DNA from: Tubulanus polymorphus
Lineage: Eukaryota; Animalia; Nemertea
Reading direction: 5' to 3'
Assembly: GCF_964204645.1 (NCBI RefSeq)
Contig: NC_134030.1
Location: 4,568,778 to 4,632,777 of the forward strand
DNA: 64,000 bases
How positions within the stretch are numbered: the stretch's first letter is position 1; the number at the start of each line of letters is the position of its first letter. The position numbers were made by a program, and so were the translations under genes. Positions 43,134 to 57,608 of this stretch are shown in pieces. A model generated the notes under the pieces. The model did no database searches, was not told the origin of the DNA, and worked only from the letters and a program-made list of their open reading frames with translations.

Positions 43134-44077
43134 CGCTTTTAATCGCAATCACAAGATACCGGTACACCAAGAAATCTTTTCCAGCGTTCTGGCTCAATCT
43201 GAATTGGCAACGCCTTTGTGAAAATGAGCATTCGGATATCAAACAATTTTTGTTTTTTCGCCATCGCTATGCAAATATCGCTTTTTTGTTCATGTACAAG
43301 ACTAGTAAATGATTAATATGACTCCATATACTGATGATACAGTAGATATGATCAGCGTTGGTAGGTGCATCCCTTGAGGATATCATTTTATGATCAGGTT
43401 GTGTTCATTATGTCATTTGAAAGATTAAAATTCTCATTTCTGATTATTTTTTTGTGTATTAATGGTATTGATTATTTAAGTGTATAACTTGGGCCTCTGC
43501 TAGTGATCCCAGCAAAGTTTCTACGAAAAAGCCGAAACCCCAGGCGTAAATGAAGTTTGTTTTGTATAACGATGATTTGAGGATTTGACAGCGACTTGGT
43601 ATTCCCGAAACGGTGATAACCAGCGCATCGTTGTAACTATTTCATTGTTAACGTTCTGGAAACTAAGTTCAAAACGGAATTCGAAAGATCCTTACCGAAA
43701 TTATATTACTCTGACCACTCGTACCGAATCTACATAACGGAGGTCCAGTTATGGCATTGCATGGTTCTGATTTCATTAGGTTCACAACTATTAAAGACCC
43801 CTACATGACACGTTCGAACTTAACAATGGAACAGAGGAAGACAACATTGGCATAGCCTACTACTAGTTCTTTTTCCAGAAAATTATTTTATGAAGATATT
43901 TGAAACCATAATACGTTATGGGACTGTAAAGTGGCGCAGGCGTTTAGGAATTAACCGCTAGACTTGACTCTCTTATTTTATGGGATTCGAACTATGAATG
44001 GTTTTGATTTGACAGTCTTGGTACGGTTAGGAATGAACCTTTGGTATTCAATCTCACCCACAATTCCCCTGTTAGCA

Positions 44078-44212
44078 TCAAAATGGCTGCCACTTGCTGA
44101 GTACTAGGCCTATCTGATTATTAGACACAGAAATTTATTCGTAATTAACCGGTTTTACGGTCCGCTACCGCCCGAGAATATCATTTAAACGCATGAATTT
44201 TTTAATGTGAGT
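44078..44212 (+). promoter_or_regulatory. Candidate CEP164 TSS region / non-coding first exon
   Basis: YY1-like CAAAATGGCTGCC at 44079, donor-like GTGAGT near 44207, and acceptor TTTTGTAG just upstream of the ATG exon. Confidence 0.35.
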
Positions 44213-44377
44213 ATATACTATAGAAATGAATGTTTGTAGTGCCGTAAACTGAACAAGAAAATCTTGGTAAATGGACGAGTTTGTATTGAAATTTTGACAT
44301 TTCTTAATCTTTTAAAAATTCTTGATTAATTTTGTAGACTTTGCGCTCCACACTGAAAATAATAGGCCCAAAATAAT

Positions 44378-47300
44378 ATGATGATTAATGACCAGGTTAT
44401 CCTCGAAGAAGACTATGATGAGAACTACCAGCCCTCTGAAGAAGGTGGGTTTTCCAATTTAAAGTTTAGAAAAAGAATTAATTTTTACGGTCATCATAGA
44501 GACATTGTGGGGAACCATTGTGACTTTGTGTTCCTGGTTATGTACCTAAATGTTTGGACAGAGTTTTTGCTCTTGTTACTATTTCAAGGGTGTTTAACAC
44601 ACTCCAGCAGCATGTATTTTTTTTTGTTGGAGCCTAACCTGACCCTGACCCTCATCTTTCTTCACTTCGTTTCTTGCTGGTATAGTGTAGTCACTGTACT
44701 TTTTAAATTTTGCTGCGTGCAGCTAGCCGCAATGATTGGCTACTTATTTCTGTTACTTCTGTTTCATTGTTAATTCATGTAGGGTCTATTATAATTGTGT
44801 CACATCAAGATAGTTATTAAATTTCATAAATTTTACTTGATGAAAGTCATAGGTTTACAAGATTTGAAAAGGTTTGCTTTATCTAGCTCAGGATAATGTC
44901 AATTCAAATCTGTACGGGTTAGAAAATAGGAATATATTTTGATTCGTTGCAGAAATACACGAATATGCTCAGGTGATTGGCATAGATCCCGATAATGAAC
45001 ATGAATTATTGTGGATCGCCCGCGAGGGAATCAATGCCCCGCTGCCTGAACACTGGAAACCGTGGTAAGTATTCCGAGAACGCAATTCTAGATTTCGATT
45101 GGACCCTAGTGTTGAAAACATCATCGAATATGAACCAATTTTGACTTCAGATGAAGGAACTCGTTTATAGTATCTAAGCGTATTCGAGTGTAGCTTGTAT
45201 AAATGAAGCATCAATTAATTCTTATTCTTACATTTCACAGCCAAGATCCGAATGGAGATATTTACTACTTCAATTTTCAAACTGGAGATAGTATTTGGGA
45301 CCACCCGTGCGATGAGTACTACAGAAATATGGTCTCGCAAGAAAGAACTAAGATCGCCGCAGGTGGAAGTAAGTCGAGTAACAAAATCTCTCTCAGTCTT
45401 TTCATATTGATGAGGGGTCAATTCGGGTGATAGAATTGTAGCCCACTAGGATACAAATTCAAGAAATTAACACCGAAATTTATCCTGACACCTAACGATG
45501 GTCGCTAGAGAGAGTGAGAAATTGTGTCTATAGGCCTATAGTGAATTTTAATCTTCTATTCTCAACGACTGAGTGTAAGCGTTATTCTACTGCCAATTCT
45601 TTTAAGGTTCAATCATTCTCTGTTGAAATATTGCATCTTTGTTTTTGTCAATTTCCTGCAGGTAAAAAGAAAGGCAGTAAAAAAGACAGCAGCAAAAAAG
45701 GAAAGGCAGGAAAGTCATTTCAAAAGGTAGGTGTGCGTTGTTTTACTCGAACAGGACATGTGATATTATGCTTTACAGAAAATCGATACAACCCCCCTTA
45801 CCCAGCTTCGTCTATGTTTGGAGCTTGCTTCACTTCAGGCTACGTGCATTTCTTCCCACATGAAACATTGAAACACAGTTTGAAAAATCTGCTTTTCTGT
45901 TTAAGCGTATGAACTATAAGATGCAGTTTTCACTAACCATAATGCGCTAGTGACAAATTTACAGATAATCATTATATATTTCCCGCGAAATCAGGTATCA
46001 AGGCCCAATACAGGCGTGAACCTGCATCATATGATATGAAACACTTTTTGAGCTGATCTCACTGGTATTTAACAAAACTTATTGTTTGACTTTGAAATTC
46101 TTTTATTCTGCACATGTTACTACTTGGTTTTGTAAACATACTTTTGTAAGCTGCATTTCTTTTGTCTCTTTTCTGCTTTCTGTGTTTCTACGTTTGCTGC
46201 ACTGATTTACAGCAGTTCGCATTAATCGACTACGAAACCGATCTAGACGTAACTTCCAATAGTTTACGCAACTCAACACACGTTTCATTGTCAGAAAACA
46301 AAAAAATGGAAGATAACATTTCTGTCGAATCGCACAAAAATCTACATGAGAAAATTGATAATTTTTGTGATGAGGGGAGTGGCGATGTGGAAAGTTTTAT
46401 TTTCGTATCGAACAGTCATCCACCCCCGGTGGAGGAGGATAAGAATAGAACTCTGAATATTGCTGAAAGTTCTCACGAGAAAACCGATAAAATAGATCTA
46501 ACCGTCAGTTCATTAAAGAAGAAGGAAAACGATGATAGAAAAGATGATGATACTGATCATGGTTGTATGAATAATGAGAAAGATGAAAATGAGGAAAGTG
46601 ATGCGAAAAATACAAAGGAGGAAAAGGATGATAGACAAGAAGATGCTGCTGATCACAGTCTAAATAATGTTGATGATGATGGAAGTGAGGAGGAATATGA
46701 TCACGATGGATCTTATGTTTTTGAGTTTGTTGATGATGAGGATGTTGAGAATGAGAATGATATTGTTATAAGTGATAATGATGATGATGATGATGATGAT
46801 AATGTATATGAAGACAGTTTAGATTCACCGGTAGGACCGCCGCTTGTGGTCGCTACTATGAATAGTAAAATTGACGTCGAATCAGTGGTAGTAAATCAGT
46901 GCGTTCCTGATGTGGTTACAGTAAGTCAGTTGTCGTTTTGAATGTACAGTATTGATGTTAGAGTACCATTCATTCGGTACCATTAAGCATAGAGTAGATC
47001 TACAACGCACTACCTCCGTTGATTGCTGATCTACAGTTCCCTGTACCCGCATGTCGAGACAATGTCTCATCACTTCAACCGATGTAGATGACTGAAGAAC
47101 ATCCTGTGATGAGAAGGAATAAGATTTTACCTGCTCACTAGATATGAAACATAGTTGTTAGCGAAACACAATTTGTTCATTTCAGTAGAAACATCAGTTC
47201 TGCTGCCACAAACATTCAGTAGTTTTCTTTTTCATCACTTATTCTTAGAGCATGATTGTTGTTTGTAATGTTTCCAATTCACACATTCATTTAGTCAATC

Positions 47301-50300
47301 TAACTACTACAAAGTGGTAATTATTCTATCTATCCAGGTTTGTTTTTATAACAGGTTGTCCCTCATATTCACAAAGAAAATAATTGTAATTGATTTTATT
47401 CGTTGTATCTTATTTTGCAGGATCTGGGACCGGTGAAATCTTCATTAGGGCCGCAGGGTTCCCTGCGCGGAAGTGGTAGCCAGATGGCTGGCAGTGGCAG
47501 CGGTCTTGCTCCTCTAAAGGCACCGGAAAGCCCACTCAGCACGATGTATGGTGCTGGTACGATGCCTAGCACGATGGCCAGCGTAAATTCAGCGAAAACT
47601 GGCGTGTACTTAAAGTCTGAGGTATTTATGCAATACAACCTTCCATGATTCAATCGAGATTTGAAGAAAATAGTTGAATTTGTAAATATGAATCAACTTA
47701 CTCAATTATCATTTGTAGGTGAAAACTGGGACGAGGAATTCAGCTCAATCTAGCGGTGGTTTTTCAAAAAGTATCCTCAGCAGCCGCGATGAAAATATTC
47801 AAATGATGCCTAGTCTTTCGGATGAAGAGGTAAATGCGGTGATGCTTGAAAACATCAAGGTTTGGTTTTATACTAGACAGGTGTTAACTTTAAACCTGGG
47901 GGCTAACTCAGTTGGAGATTGAGTTAGTTACCAGTCTAAAAAACTGAACATTGGAGTTAAAGCCCCGAGTTAAAGTTGCCGGACTAAAACTGAACCCAAG
48001 TCTTCTATTTATCGTGAGAGGTATTACCTTCCCAAATTTTGACACATTTGCTTTTTGATTCTAGGAAGCTACAGGAATACCCCGGTACAGTTTAGATGTT
48101 GATGTTCATGACATAGCCGAATTAGGATACGAAGTAAGTATTTCAGTGAACTGTACTGAATTGTCAGCGATTCCTCTGAACAGTTTAGTCCTTTATTGGT
48201 AGATACACCTTTTTTATGTATGCCATTTGCTTCTTTTTTCGCGTGAAGCTCTCAACTGAAGAACAGTATTTTCAAAGTTTTAAGGAAAGTAACCGGTATT
48301 CCATGACGCTGATGTCTCGTTACATTTGTTTCTTGTCTCATTCGTTGCACGGAATATCTCATGTTTGGTGAATCGTCTAGTACCTTCGTATCCTAAGTCA
48401 TATTGTTGTGCACCAATGATATGTTTGTACAACTGTCCATGAATTTCTTCAAAGCTCATCTCGAGCTCTTCTATGTTCACGGTGATTTCATTTGCGTATT
48501 GTGTTTGTGGCAGTCTGTGAAGAGTGGTTTTAGTCGTTATGCTTGTCTTGATAAAAAGCATCTAATCTTCACGTCTATGTAACTCCAAAATGAAATATCG
48601 GCCCTATATTTGTTTGTGTTTATTCTTCACAGGATTCGGATGAAGACAAGAAATTGCGCCAAAATCATATCGAAATAGCGGACAGCGATAGTAGTGAGGA
48701 TTATGGCAAAGATGTGGTATGCGCGGATATGATAACTGAAATTTTATCTTCCATTTTCACAGGGAAACGTATCATAGTTCTTCTTGTAACTAATGCAATA
48801 ACTTGAAATGTTTTATTCAGGATTTTGGAATTGATAAGAATCTCTCGGAGCGAATCATGGATATTGACATGTTAGAACCGGCTGCTGGTACAATGCCGAT
48901 GGAAAAGGTAAATTACTCTCTCAAACTGATGGCCCTCACCCTACGCTTTTAGATGTTTCCAGTCCTGGGAATATATGCCTTCAATTTTGCTATATTTTAC
49001 ATTTGAAGGATTTCGATTTGTCGCTTCGTTCATCAACAACGATTTCCGGTATCGATACAAAAACGGGTTTAACCCCTCGTCTGCCACCGGGTGAACTGAA
49101 ACCACTCGCTAATGATAGTCGCAAACAGAAGGCTGCACTCGCAGCTCAGGCTGCTGAAAAGTAAGTCTGAACAATAGGTTGTAGATATGTAGCTTTATAA
49201 GTTAGCGAACTTATTAATGTGACGTTGAGAGATAGAATTATTTGGATCATTGTGAAAGAAATCTTATAAATCATATTTTTTGATAACTTATTTGTAGAGT
49301 TTTTGCTTATTCGATCACGTATTATTTTGCTTTACCCTAACGATTCTATTATCTTCTAGTTTAAGTATTGTATCAAATGTATGATATTTTTATTGTGATA
49401 TTGTAAAATGCAGCAGTTATCCTTAGAGCCGCGCTATAAACGAAATTGAATTATCATTTGGATCAGTAGCGGCTGTTCGTATTACAGGCAAGCGGAACAC
49501 GACAAACAGTTGAAAGAAGAGGAGCAGAAATTGCGACTTTCAAACGAACGATCGCTCGACGAAATGAAACGGAAACTCGAGCAGGAATTGGAAGCGGCGA
49601 AACTGGAACTACTCGAAGAGAAAGAGGAACGCATGCGAAAACTGAAAACGGAAATTCACATCGAACAAGAAGTCGAAGAAGGTCGAATACGCGATGAGAA
49701 AGAAACGAATCTACGGTGAGTTGATAACAGTTTAAATCACTTTAGATCTAAATTCATTTCATGCAGATAATAACATTCCTTTGCTTCATACATAGTCTCA
49801 TTACATCTACGTCTATTAGTGCAGCAGTGCATAGGTAAAGCCGTGATCACATCGAATTCTTTGGTCTTCTTTGTCTGTTTAGAAAGGGACCAAATTTGGC
49901 CTGACAAAAAAGAGTCAGTTTAACCCGGGTCTCTTTGTGATCGTAGCTTATATGATGGAACCACGGCGCAGTGTGGTTTCAGCAATTGTAATGAACACTT
50001 GCTTCAATGATAGTTAAAATTACTAATCCATTAGTTACTCGAATAGTTGAACTAACTGTCACTTATTTAGATCGCTACGTGCACAATTCAAAACTGACGT
50101 CGAAGATGAAGAAGCGGATTTGAAACGCGGTAAAGAGAATCATCTGAAAACGTTGAAAGAGGCCATCGATAAAGAGATAAAATCAGAAGAGGATCAGTAT
50201 AAGTATGTAGCAGTGTTTCCCGCTTGAGCTATTAGTCACCGCTCTTACGTAACAAACCGACATTAAAAACACTATAAACAACTTAAAGAGTCTTGTAGCA

Positions 50301-53300
50301 GCTTGTCGACCAAGCCCTGAAATGAAGAAGAAATATACATGTTAATGAAAAGGTTATTTGAATTAGTGAAATTCCCACCTGCCTGATTAAGATTATTATT
50401 CACTTTTTCTGTGAAATTTCAGAAAAGACAAATCAGACACTTTGTCGAAACTACAAAAAGAGGTCGATGCGTTACAGAGGGAAAAAGTTGAAAATCTGGA
50501 GAAAGAAAAACAGGAGATTCTCGACAAACAGAAAGCTGAGGTATTTCAGATAACAAGTTTATATAGACTCCTGTCTTCAATAAGATTGTGATTTGTTTCA
50601 TGTACGTGTAAACAATTAATGTTGTAATTGAAGGTTGATGTTTGGACGCAGAGTGAACAGAAACGACTCGAATGCGAAAAAGAATCGAAACTAAATGAAC
50701 TTCGTCGAAAATTTGACACGGAAATCGAAAATGTGTCGAAACAAATCGAAAACACTCACACGCAACGTATGGATGAGGTGAAAACTGAATTGAGCAACAA
50801 ACATGAACAGGTACAGAAGGTTTTACAATTCTGACTTTTATGTAGCAGGCTACAACATGCTGCCATCATCAAAAAAACACACAAGACATAAAGGCCTGAA
50901 TGCTTTTTTGTAGGAAATTGAGAAGTTAGTGATTGAAATAAAGGCACTACAGAAAGAAGAGATGCTGAAAAAAGAACTCGAAATCAAAAAACTCAAGGAA
51001 CAACAAGATGCTGTATCACATCTCAAAAAAGAAGTGAGTATTAGCTATGAAAATGTGAGAAAAAATTAATGAAATCAGGTCAATTCTAACGCGTGTATTC
51101 AAATAGTTGGGTGATGTATTGCAAGAAAAACGAAAAGAGATCCTCGACGATCAAGAGAAAAACATTCAAGAATTACGAGAAACTCATGAGAAAAATATCC
51201 GTAATCTACAACAGGAATATAAAGTGAAGGTATTCACTCCTTCGAATCACATCTCTCTAGTTGACATAAGACTTCGTTTGTAAGATCTACATTTGATTAG
51301 GCCTAACTGTATTGTCAATAAAGCCACAACAAAATCACAACTGTAATAAGATTCATCCAATCTTATGCTTAAATGTCTATTGGTTTTGTTGTGACTTTAT
51401 TGATCATTCGACTCTACACAATAGAACTGCATTATATTGTAGGAACAAGCTGAGCAGAATGCCTTGGAGAAACATTTAATCGATGAAAAGAAAAAGTTGC
51501 AGACGAAACTCGAATCGGAACTGGAATATGTGAAAAAGGAAAGCAAACATAAACATGAATTGCTCAAAGTTGATTTTACTGCTGAGGTTAGTTTTGTTTC
51601 TCCAGCATATTGAACAAGTTTTAACTCTTTGAGATTGGAAACCTTTTTGGGTCATGACTACGTTATCATGAATTTATTCATCGACGTCTATTCAGGAATC
51701 GAAAACAAATGATCGTCAAGTTCGAATCAACAACTTGAAGTCGGAATTAGACAAAGAGGAATCGACTCTGAATGAAAGAAAGAACATCTTAACGACGAAG
51801 AAAGAAGAAATCGATAAATTGATCGCGGAAACTCAAAGACAGGAAAATGAGTTCGAGCAAAAGAGAGAAAATATGCGTCAACAATTGAAACAGTTTGAAT
51901 CAGAAAAAGAGGTGAGTTCATTACTGTATGCCTCGGATTATCGCATGCTGCAGACGTTATATTTCAAATTTTCTTACTCCTACAGGATGGCCTCTTACCT
52001 GGAAATCATGGAAATGTCAGGATATTTTCTTTTCTTTAAGAAATTGCGGGAATTTTGTAAATAAAAAGCTATGCCATTCAAGGAATAGTCAGGGAAAAAG
52101 CATGTCAAATTAAAGAAGCTACCCTGCACCAATTCATAGTGATATCGACCTATTCCTGTTACGACTGTCCTGAAATTCCTCTACCCTTATTTATTGATCC
52201 CACGATATCTGAGGCAGGCACAGTCTATACATGTATATAGGGACTATTGTCTAAAAGAATACGTTTTGAAAAGGATTTCTTTGAAATCGTGATCAATGTT
52301 GAAAGATGAATGCATTCTGGTTGTAGGAAATGTTGAGTAAACAGATGACTGAATTACACACGCAAGAAGTCGAAAGTTTGAAGACCGAACAACAGCAGTT
52401 ACTCAATGACATACGCCAGGAGAAGAACGCGTTAGATAGTCTACGTCGCGAACGCGCTGAACTCGACTCGCATATATCAAAACAAAAACGTTTGACAAAT
52501 ATCAAAAGGTAGAAATGAAACCTATTCTATTGAGTACATATAAGTCGCTTATGTAGCAAATGCTAAATACTGAATTTCTGAATTCATACAAACCTGCTAG
52601 ACGCCTACCTCTGTGGTTCAGCTCATCAGTATAAACTGTGAACCCCAGTTTACGTTAAGCACTTTCGGGGAGAGGTTTTCGATATGCACCCCGAGCCCTT
52701 GGAATCTATAAATCAATGAATCTAGAAGAATTCAGGACACATCTTAAGCCCCTCATATTCAGACAATCTTATGCTAGACGAAGGCATTTGAACTGGCTGT
52801 AAATTATAGTTGAGTCTATTTCCAGTCTTGATGAATATGTGTTGAATAAGTTGATTAAGTTTAATGATTATTTTGATGTTGAATGAGTTTTCGTTCAGTT
52901 CGGTGTTCGTATTCTTGCAGCATATTGAAAGATCAAGCCGATGAAGCGAATCAACAATCTCCGCTCAAACCGAGCGAGGACGAGACCCTAACGCAGGAGA
53001 ATCCGCAAACACCGAGTCAAATCGACGACGTTTCAGAAATATCGACGCCGAAACCTCGGCCGCGGAAAATCAGCGTCGTTCGCGTCTCGGACGCCGACAA
53101 AGAGAACCACGAACAGAATAGAACATCTACGCAGAAAAAATCTCATCAACGGAATCGACTCGAATCGGCGAGCGATGATTCACAGCTCAGCGATGATTAC
53201 ATGATACGTAATCCTAATATGCGAAATCATAGGTGAATATCAAATAACAGTTTCCCAGTGATGCCTTGGGATGAAATATCGAATCCTGAAAATCATTTGA

Positions 53301-56300
53301 AAAAGTCCAAAGAAAATCCTAAATTTGCCTAATTTACCACATACCCAGAGAAATGCAAAAGTAAGAAAAATAATTTGGAAATCACGGTTATGAAATTGTT
53401 TTTTTATCTGAAAGGTGATCATGCCAGTTTTAAGTCATTAAGAAATCTCTTACCTTGAAATCTGCCAAATATGGATAATTCGTAGACCTGGCAAACTCCA
53501 GTTCCTTCATATTTGAGTTGATAGCATCCAATACTTTCATCGTATTAATACAACTTTGTTACTACCAACCATTTTATCAGAATGAAAGAACATCTCGCTA
53601 AAGAAGGAGATTCGATCAGTCGAGCTCGAGAATTCCTCAGGAAACAACATCAACATCTGAAACGCAGACAAACGGCTCTGAAAAGCGCTCATCAGGAATG
53701 GGAAAACGATATGTCAAAACAAAATCAGGTTCGTGCGACAGGAATTTAAAACTATATTGCGGGTTCTTACGTGGTTTTGAAAGTCTTGGAAAATGGGAAT
53801 TTTTTTGTTTTTTTTCTCTGGCTATGGCAAAGGAATGAAAAACCATAAAATGGTCTCAAAATAAGAGTTTCCTTTAATTTTGAATTTTAGACTGTATGCC
53901 TAATTGTCTTACAACACATTTAAAAATTAACTTTATGAAAACACTTTTGTCGATGGTATTGATAAATTTGTACTTATTTACTTTGAATGGGCCTACATTG
54001 CCTGTTCTAGGTTGGTAATGAGTAACTTAGGGGTATGGAAAATTTATAATCTGGGTATGGGAAAGTTGAAATTGGGAAACCCGTGAGAACCATTTTCTCC
54101 TAATCTACACACCGTAAAGTCCTAAATGTTCAAACTTGTATATTGGTTATAATCGCGCAGAGTTTCTCAAACGGGAGTTTGGACGTTTTACAAGACGTGA
54201 AAATGAATATGGACAAAGAGTCAATTGAACTGGATCGAATGCTTCGTAATATGAGTCACGGGAGTCGACTTCTGCGCGAGAAAGAGACAAGACTTCGAGA
54301 ACTTGAAGCAGCTCTCGCCGAGACTGATGAGGTATTTTCCCCCTTCCAGCTGGCAGGGCCCAGTTATCGAAAAAGTTTAACTGAAAATTTTGGTTTCTTA
54401 ATATATTTTTTCAATATCTACGATAATTAAACCACTTAAGCGTAGACTTTTTTGTCAAACCGGATCCTGGGGAAAACCCACAATTATGTATTATGAAGAA
54501 AGGCTTTATTCTAACTCAGTTCTATGAGTCATTTTCAATCCTCTTTAGTTTATCTTCCTCATTATGGATTTTTCTTCAAAATCTCAAATTGTATGCAGTT
54601 TCTTGTCTATTGAAACCTATTTCTATCTGATTGTAACTCCTGATTAATAGTTGACTAAACCTTGATCCTCAGATATATTATTTCATTTCATCATACGTTC
54701 ACAGGAATCCGATGAATTCGATGATTCGTTCCATCCTCTACAAAATGGCAGACGTAACTACGGCGATCTGGCATTGTCAGACGATGAACTGAGCAGTGGA
54801 ATCAGCAGCAACGAATTCAACTTAGACGATCTGCTCTTACCGGCAACATCCATTCAACATCAGCAGAACTTATCTCCTCTACCCGAAACTGGTACGAATT
54901 TTAGTAATCAATCTACATAAAAGGAATGGAAATTCACAACTAGGCCAAGTTGCAGACCAGGCTTGATCGATAGTTTCTGGTTAACATTTGAGTTGAATAT
55001 TTGAAAATTATTATCACTGTATGAACAAATGTTAAATTGAACTAACAATCGGGCAACTGGGTCTTGAGGTTGAAGATATATGCTTTTATTTAAAACGGGC
55101 CCCAGTTATGTACCGTATTGTATACCAATACACATCATATGCGGGTTGTTTGTATTGCAGTAGCAGCCATTCCAATATCGAAAAAATTCTCATCAATGCC
55201 GGCGTTGAACACTCCGCATCCTCCGATGAATTTCATTCCTCCGGCGATTGCTGAGGATCTACAAAAGATCAACAACAATCTCACGCACGTGATGAGCATG
55301 TTAAGCGTACAGAGCTCGCCGCCGAAGTCTCCAGCGGCGATGCATCACGCTCACTCTCTGAACGGACTTCAACACCAGCCACCGACCGATTCCTCACCCT
55401 CGCATCATTATCATCTACCTCAGTATATGTCTACACCTCATCTGGCATTCAAAGCTAGTAATCCTTACCTGTAAGTAACTTACAAATACATTATAGGTTG
55501 GCCGCTTGCCTGGAAATTAGTGTAAAGTCAGACAATTTTGTAAGAACTCTAAAAATCAAGGAAATTCGTTGAGATTGCTAGATTGCACATAAAATCTTAT
55601 GGTTTCCGTCTTAGCTGATAAGTCGGGGAAAACAACGTATATGTCAGGGAATAGTCTGGGTAAAAGCTAGTCAAATAAAAGTGACCACCCTGAAATACCA
55701 TGTTCATATGTATACTGGCTTAGAGTTTTAGTTTGTTATCATATGATCATATGTTATTTCATTCGTTTTATTTCATGAATATAGTAACCGTCCTGAATCT
55801 AAAATCAACTTCGGAAGTCAGATCGTATTTCAAACTGCTGAACAGGCCCTCGAGAAAAAATGGCGAAAGTATTTCGGAAGTAAGTACAAGATATGATGTG
55901 ATTATATCAGATTTTGGTATTACGCGTTACGTTAACGTTGAAAATGTTGTTTTTAGGTAAATCAAATCCAAGTAAAAGTCCTGGAATTGGAATCGATACT
56001 AGTCGGTTTGTATTGGTTTTTTCATTACCTTTGTAACATACGAACGCTTGAAAATATTCTAATGAAATACTAATAAATATTTTCTTGCATGGATTGGACA
56101 TGAAAACAGTTATCCAATTGTTCTAAATTTGAAAATGATCATTTTTAAATTAAACCAAGGCGGTTAGTCGTGCGTAGATATGAAATTCTAATCGTTGCGA
56201 TAATTATCTTATCGACAGGGACGTGCTGAATAAATTCCGAGAAAATTTCCGCGATCCCGTGATACAACCCGACGTCAACGTCGTGTTGAATAAACATCGA

Positions 56301-56973
56301 CAGTGGTTAAAAGACTTCCGCAAAGATTTACGAATCGTACCGCATCATCACACGAGCTCAACTAGTTTGCAACACATTACTGATTCGTATCCTTTTCACT
56401 AATCTACCAATTTGTTTTTCACAGGAGAGGAAGATATTTATCGGCCTTTAGCATTCTCTGTTCATGTGCTATTTGTCTTTTCTTTCAAAGCGTGCAAATC
56501 GCCATTTTAGGGTAATATTACCAGGTTCAAGGTTTCTTTTACCCGGATTAAGGGAAGAGAGGCCAGAAATGAAACTTTGCCACTCCCACCAGGATTAAAA
56601 TCTATGATCCTAAGATGTTATCATTGAACTAGCCTTACATGAAAATTAGTTAATTCGTATAGTAGTCGAATGAAACACTCTAATCCATGTATGCTGTAGA
56701 TAATCGATATACGGAATAATTTATTATGACGAAACCACCAAACCACCATTTTAAGTTAATTCGTATTGAGAATTCGTAGATTTGTGCGTCCGTGCCTATT
56801 TTTCCTTGACGATTTTTCTGTATAGATCACTGCCGAATGGACATTCGAAATCTGAATTGAACTTACACACCCCGACAACTGCGGCCACGACGGGGAACAC
56901 CGTGTCTAAAACTAACAGTGCTACTCGCTTAGAACTCGACTCGAACAATGAAATCAGAATCAGAAATCAGTGA
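44378..56973 (+). CDS. CEP164: Centrosomal protein 164 (distal appendage protein), ~28 coding exons
   Basis: N-terminus [80 protein letters not shown] (CEP164 N-terminal and WW domain; exons 44378-44444, 44953-45064, 45241-~45368). Many E/K-rich coiled-coil exons follow at 49.5-54.3 kb, then LEKKWRKYF (55784-55879), and a last exon 56827-56973 ending [14 protein letters not shown]. Confidence 0.9.
46216..46920 (+). CDS. Putative 705-nt acidic cassette exon within CEP164
   Basis: NAGNAG acceptor (TTTACAGCAG), open frame of 235 codons rich in D/E, donor ACA|GTAAGT; phase 0 at both ends, matching the flanking exon ending at 45726 and the one starting at 47421. Confidence 0.6.
51315..51403. repeat. 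Intronic inverted repeat (small MITE-like)
   Basis: TCAATAAAGCCACAACAAAA ... TTTTGTTGTGACTTTATTGA. Confidence 0.65.
52587..52800 (+). mobile_element. Degenerate 3' end of an L2/CR1-group LINE in a CEP164 intron
   Basis: Frameshifted remnants [19 protein letters not shown] and [17 protein letters not shown] resemble the C-terminal G.R.FS...WN.L...FK..LK..LF signature of L2/CR1 ORF2. Confidence 0.6.
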
Positions 56974-57608
56974 TAATACGTTCTGGAAACTGATGCAGTC
57001 CACGCGTCAACATTATATGAAGCTGTAATTGTGATATAGTGTACGGATACTCATCCTTTTGATGTCTTCCCTTTGAATGTAAATTTCCATCATCAGGTTA
57101 ACTCCAATATTTATCATTTTTTAAGGACGTTTGTAAGAAGTTTGAGTTCGGGGCGGCAATTTTTTGTACTGGTAATCTCTTGTCTTGTTATTAGAATTTT
57201 GTATTCGATGATCTAAATCTCATTTGTAAAATGTCTACTGCCAGTACCTCCGGGGTAAAGGAAACATCACAGCTGCCAGCATCATGGGATATCCCGCTAT
57301 ACCCTGCGGATTTCTATTCTGGTTCATCTTTTATTTGCGATAAATCAAAAGAGGAATGTGAAAGCTCTCGAGAAATTCATATCAGAATACAGTATTCATG
57401 CATTGCTGTATTTAAATTAGTATACCTATACAACTGAATACAGGTAGTATAAGCATGTAGCATGACAGCTGTAGAATTAATTCTGACTACTAACTATAGC
57501 TCGCTGCTAAATTGCAGCTGGTGACAGCGTATTTTTTTTCTCTATTTAAGGGAAATTAGGTATAGTTTTTGTCGTATAATCGCTAGGATGTATGAGAGAC
57601 ACGCATTA

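Noticed and set aside
47060-47200. Possible intronic C/D snoRNA (GTGATGA)
   Set aside because: No D box CTGA at suitable spacing and no terminal stem.
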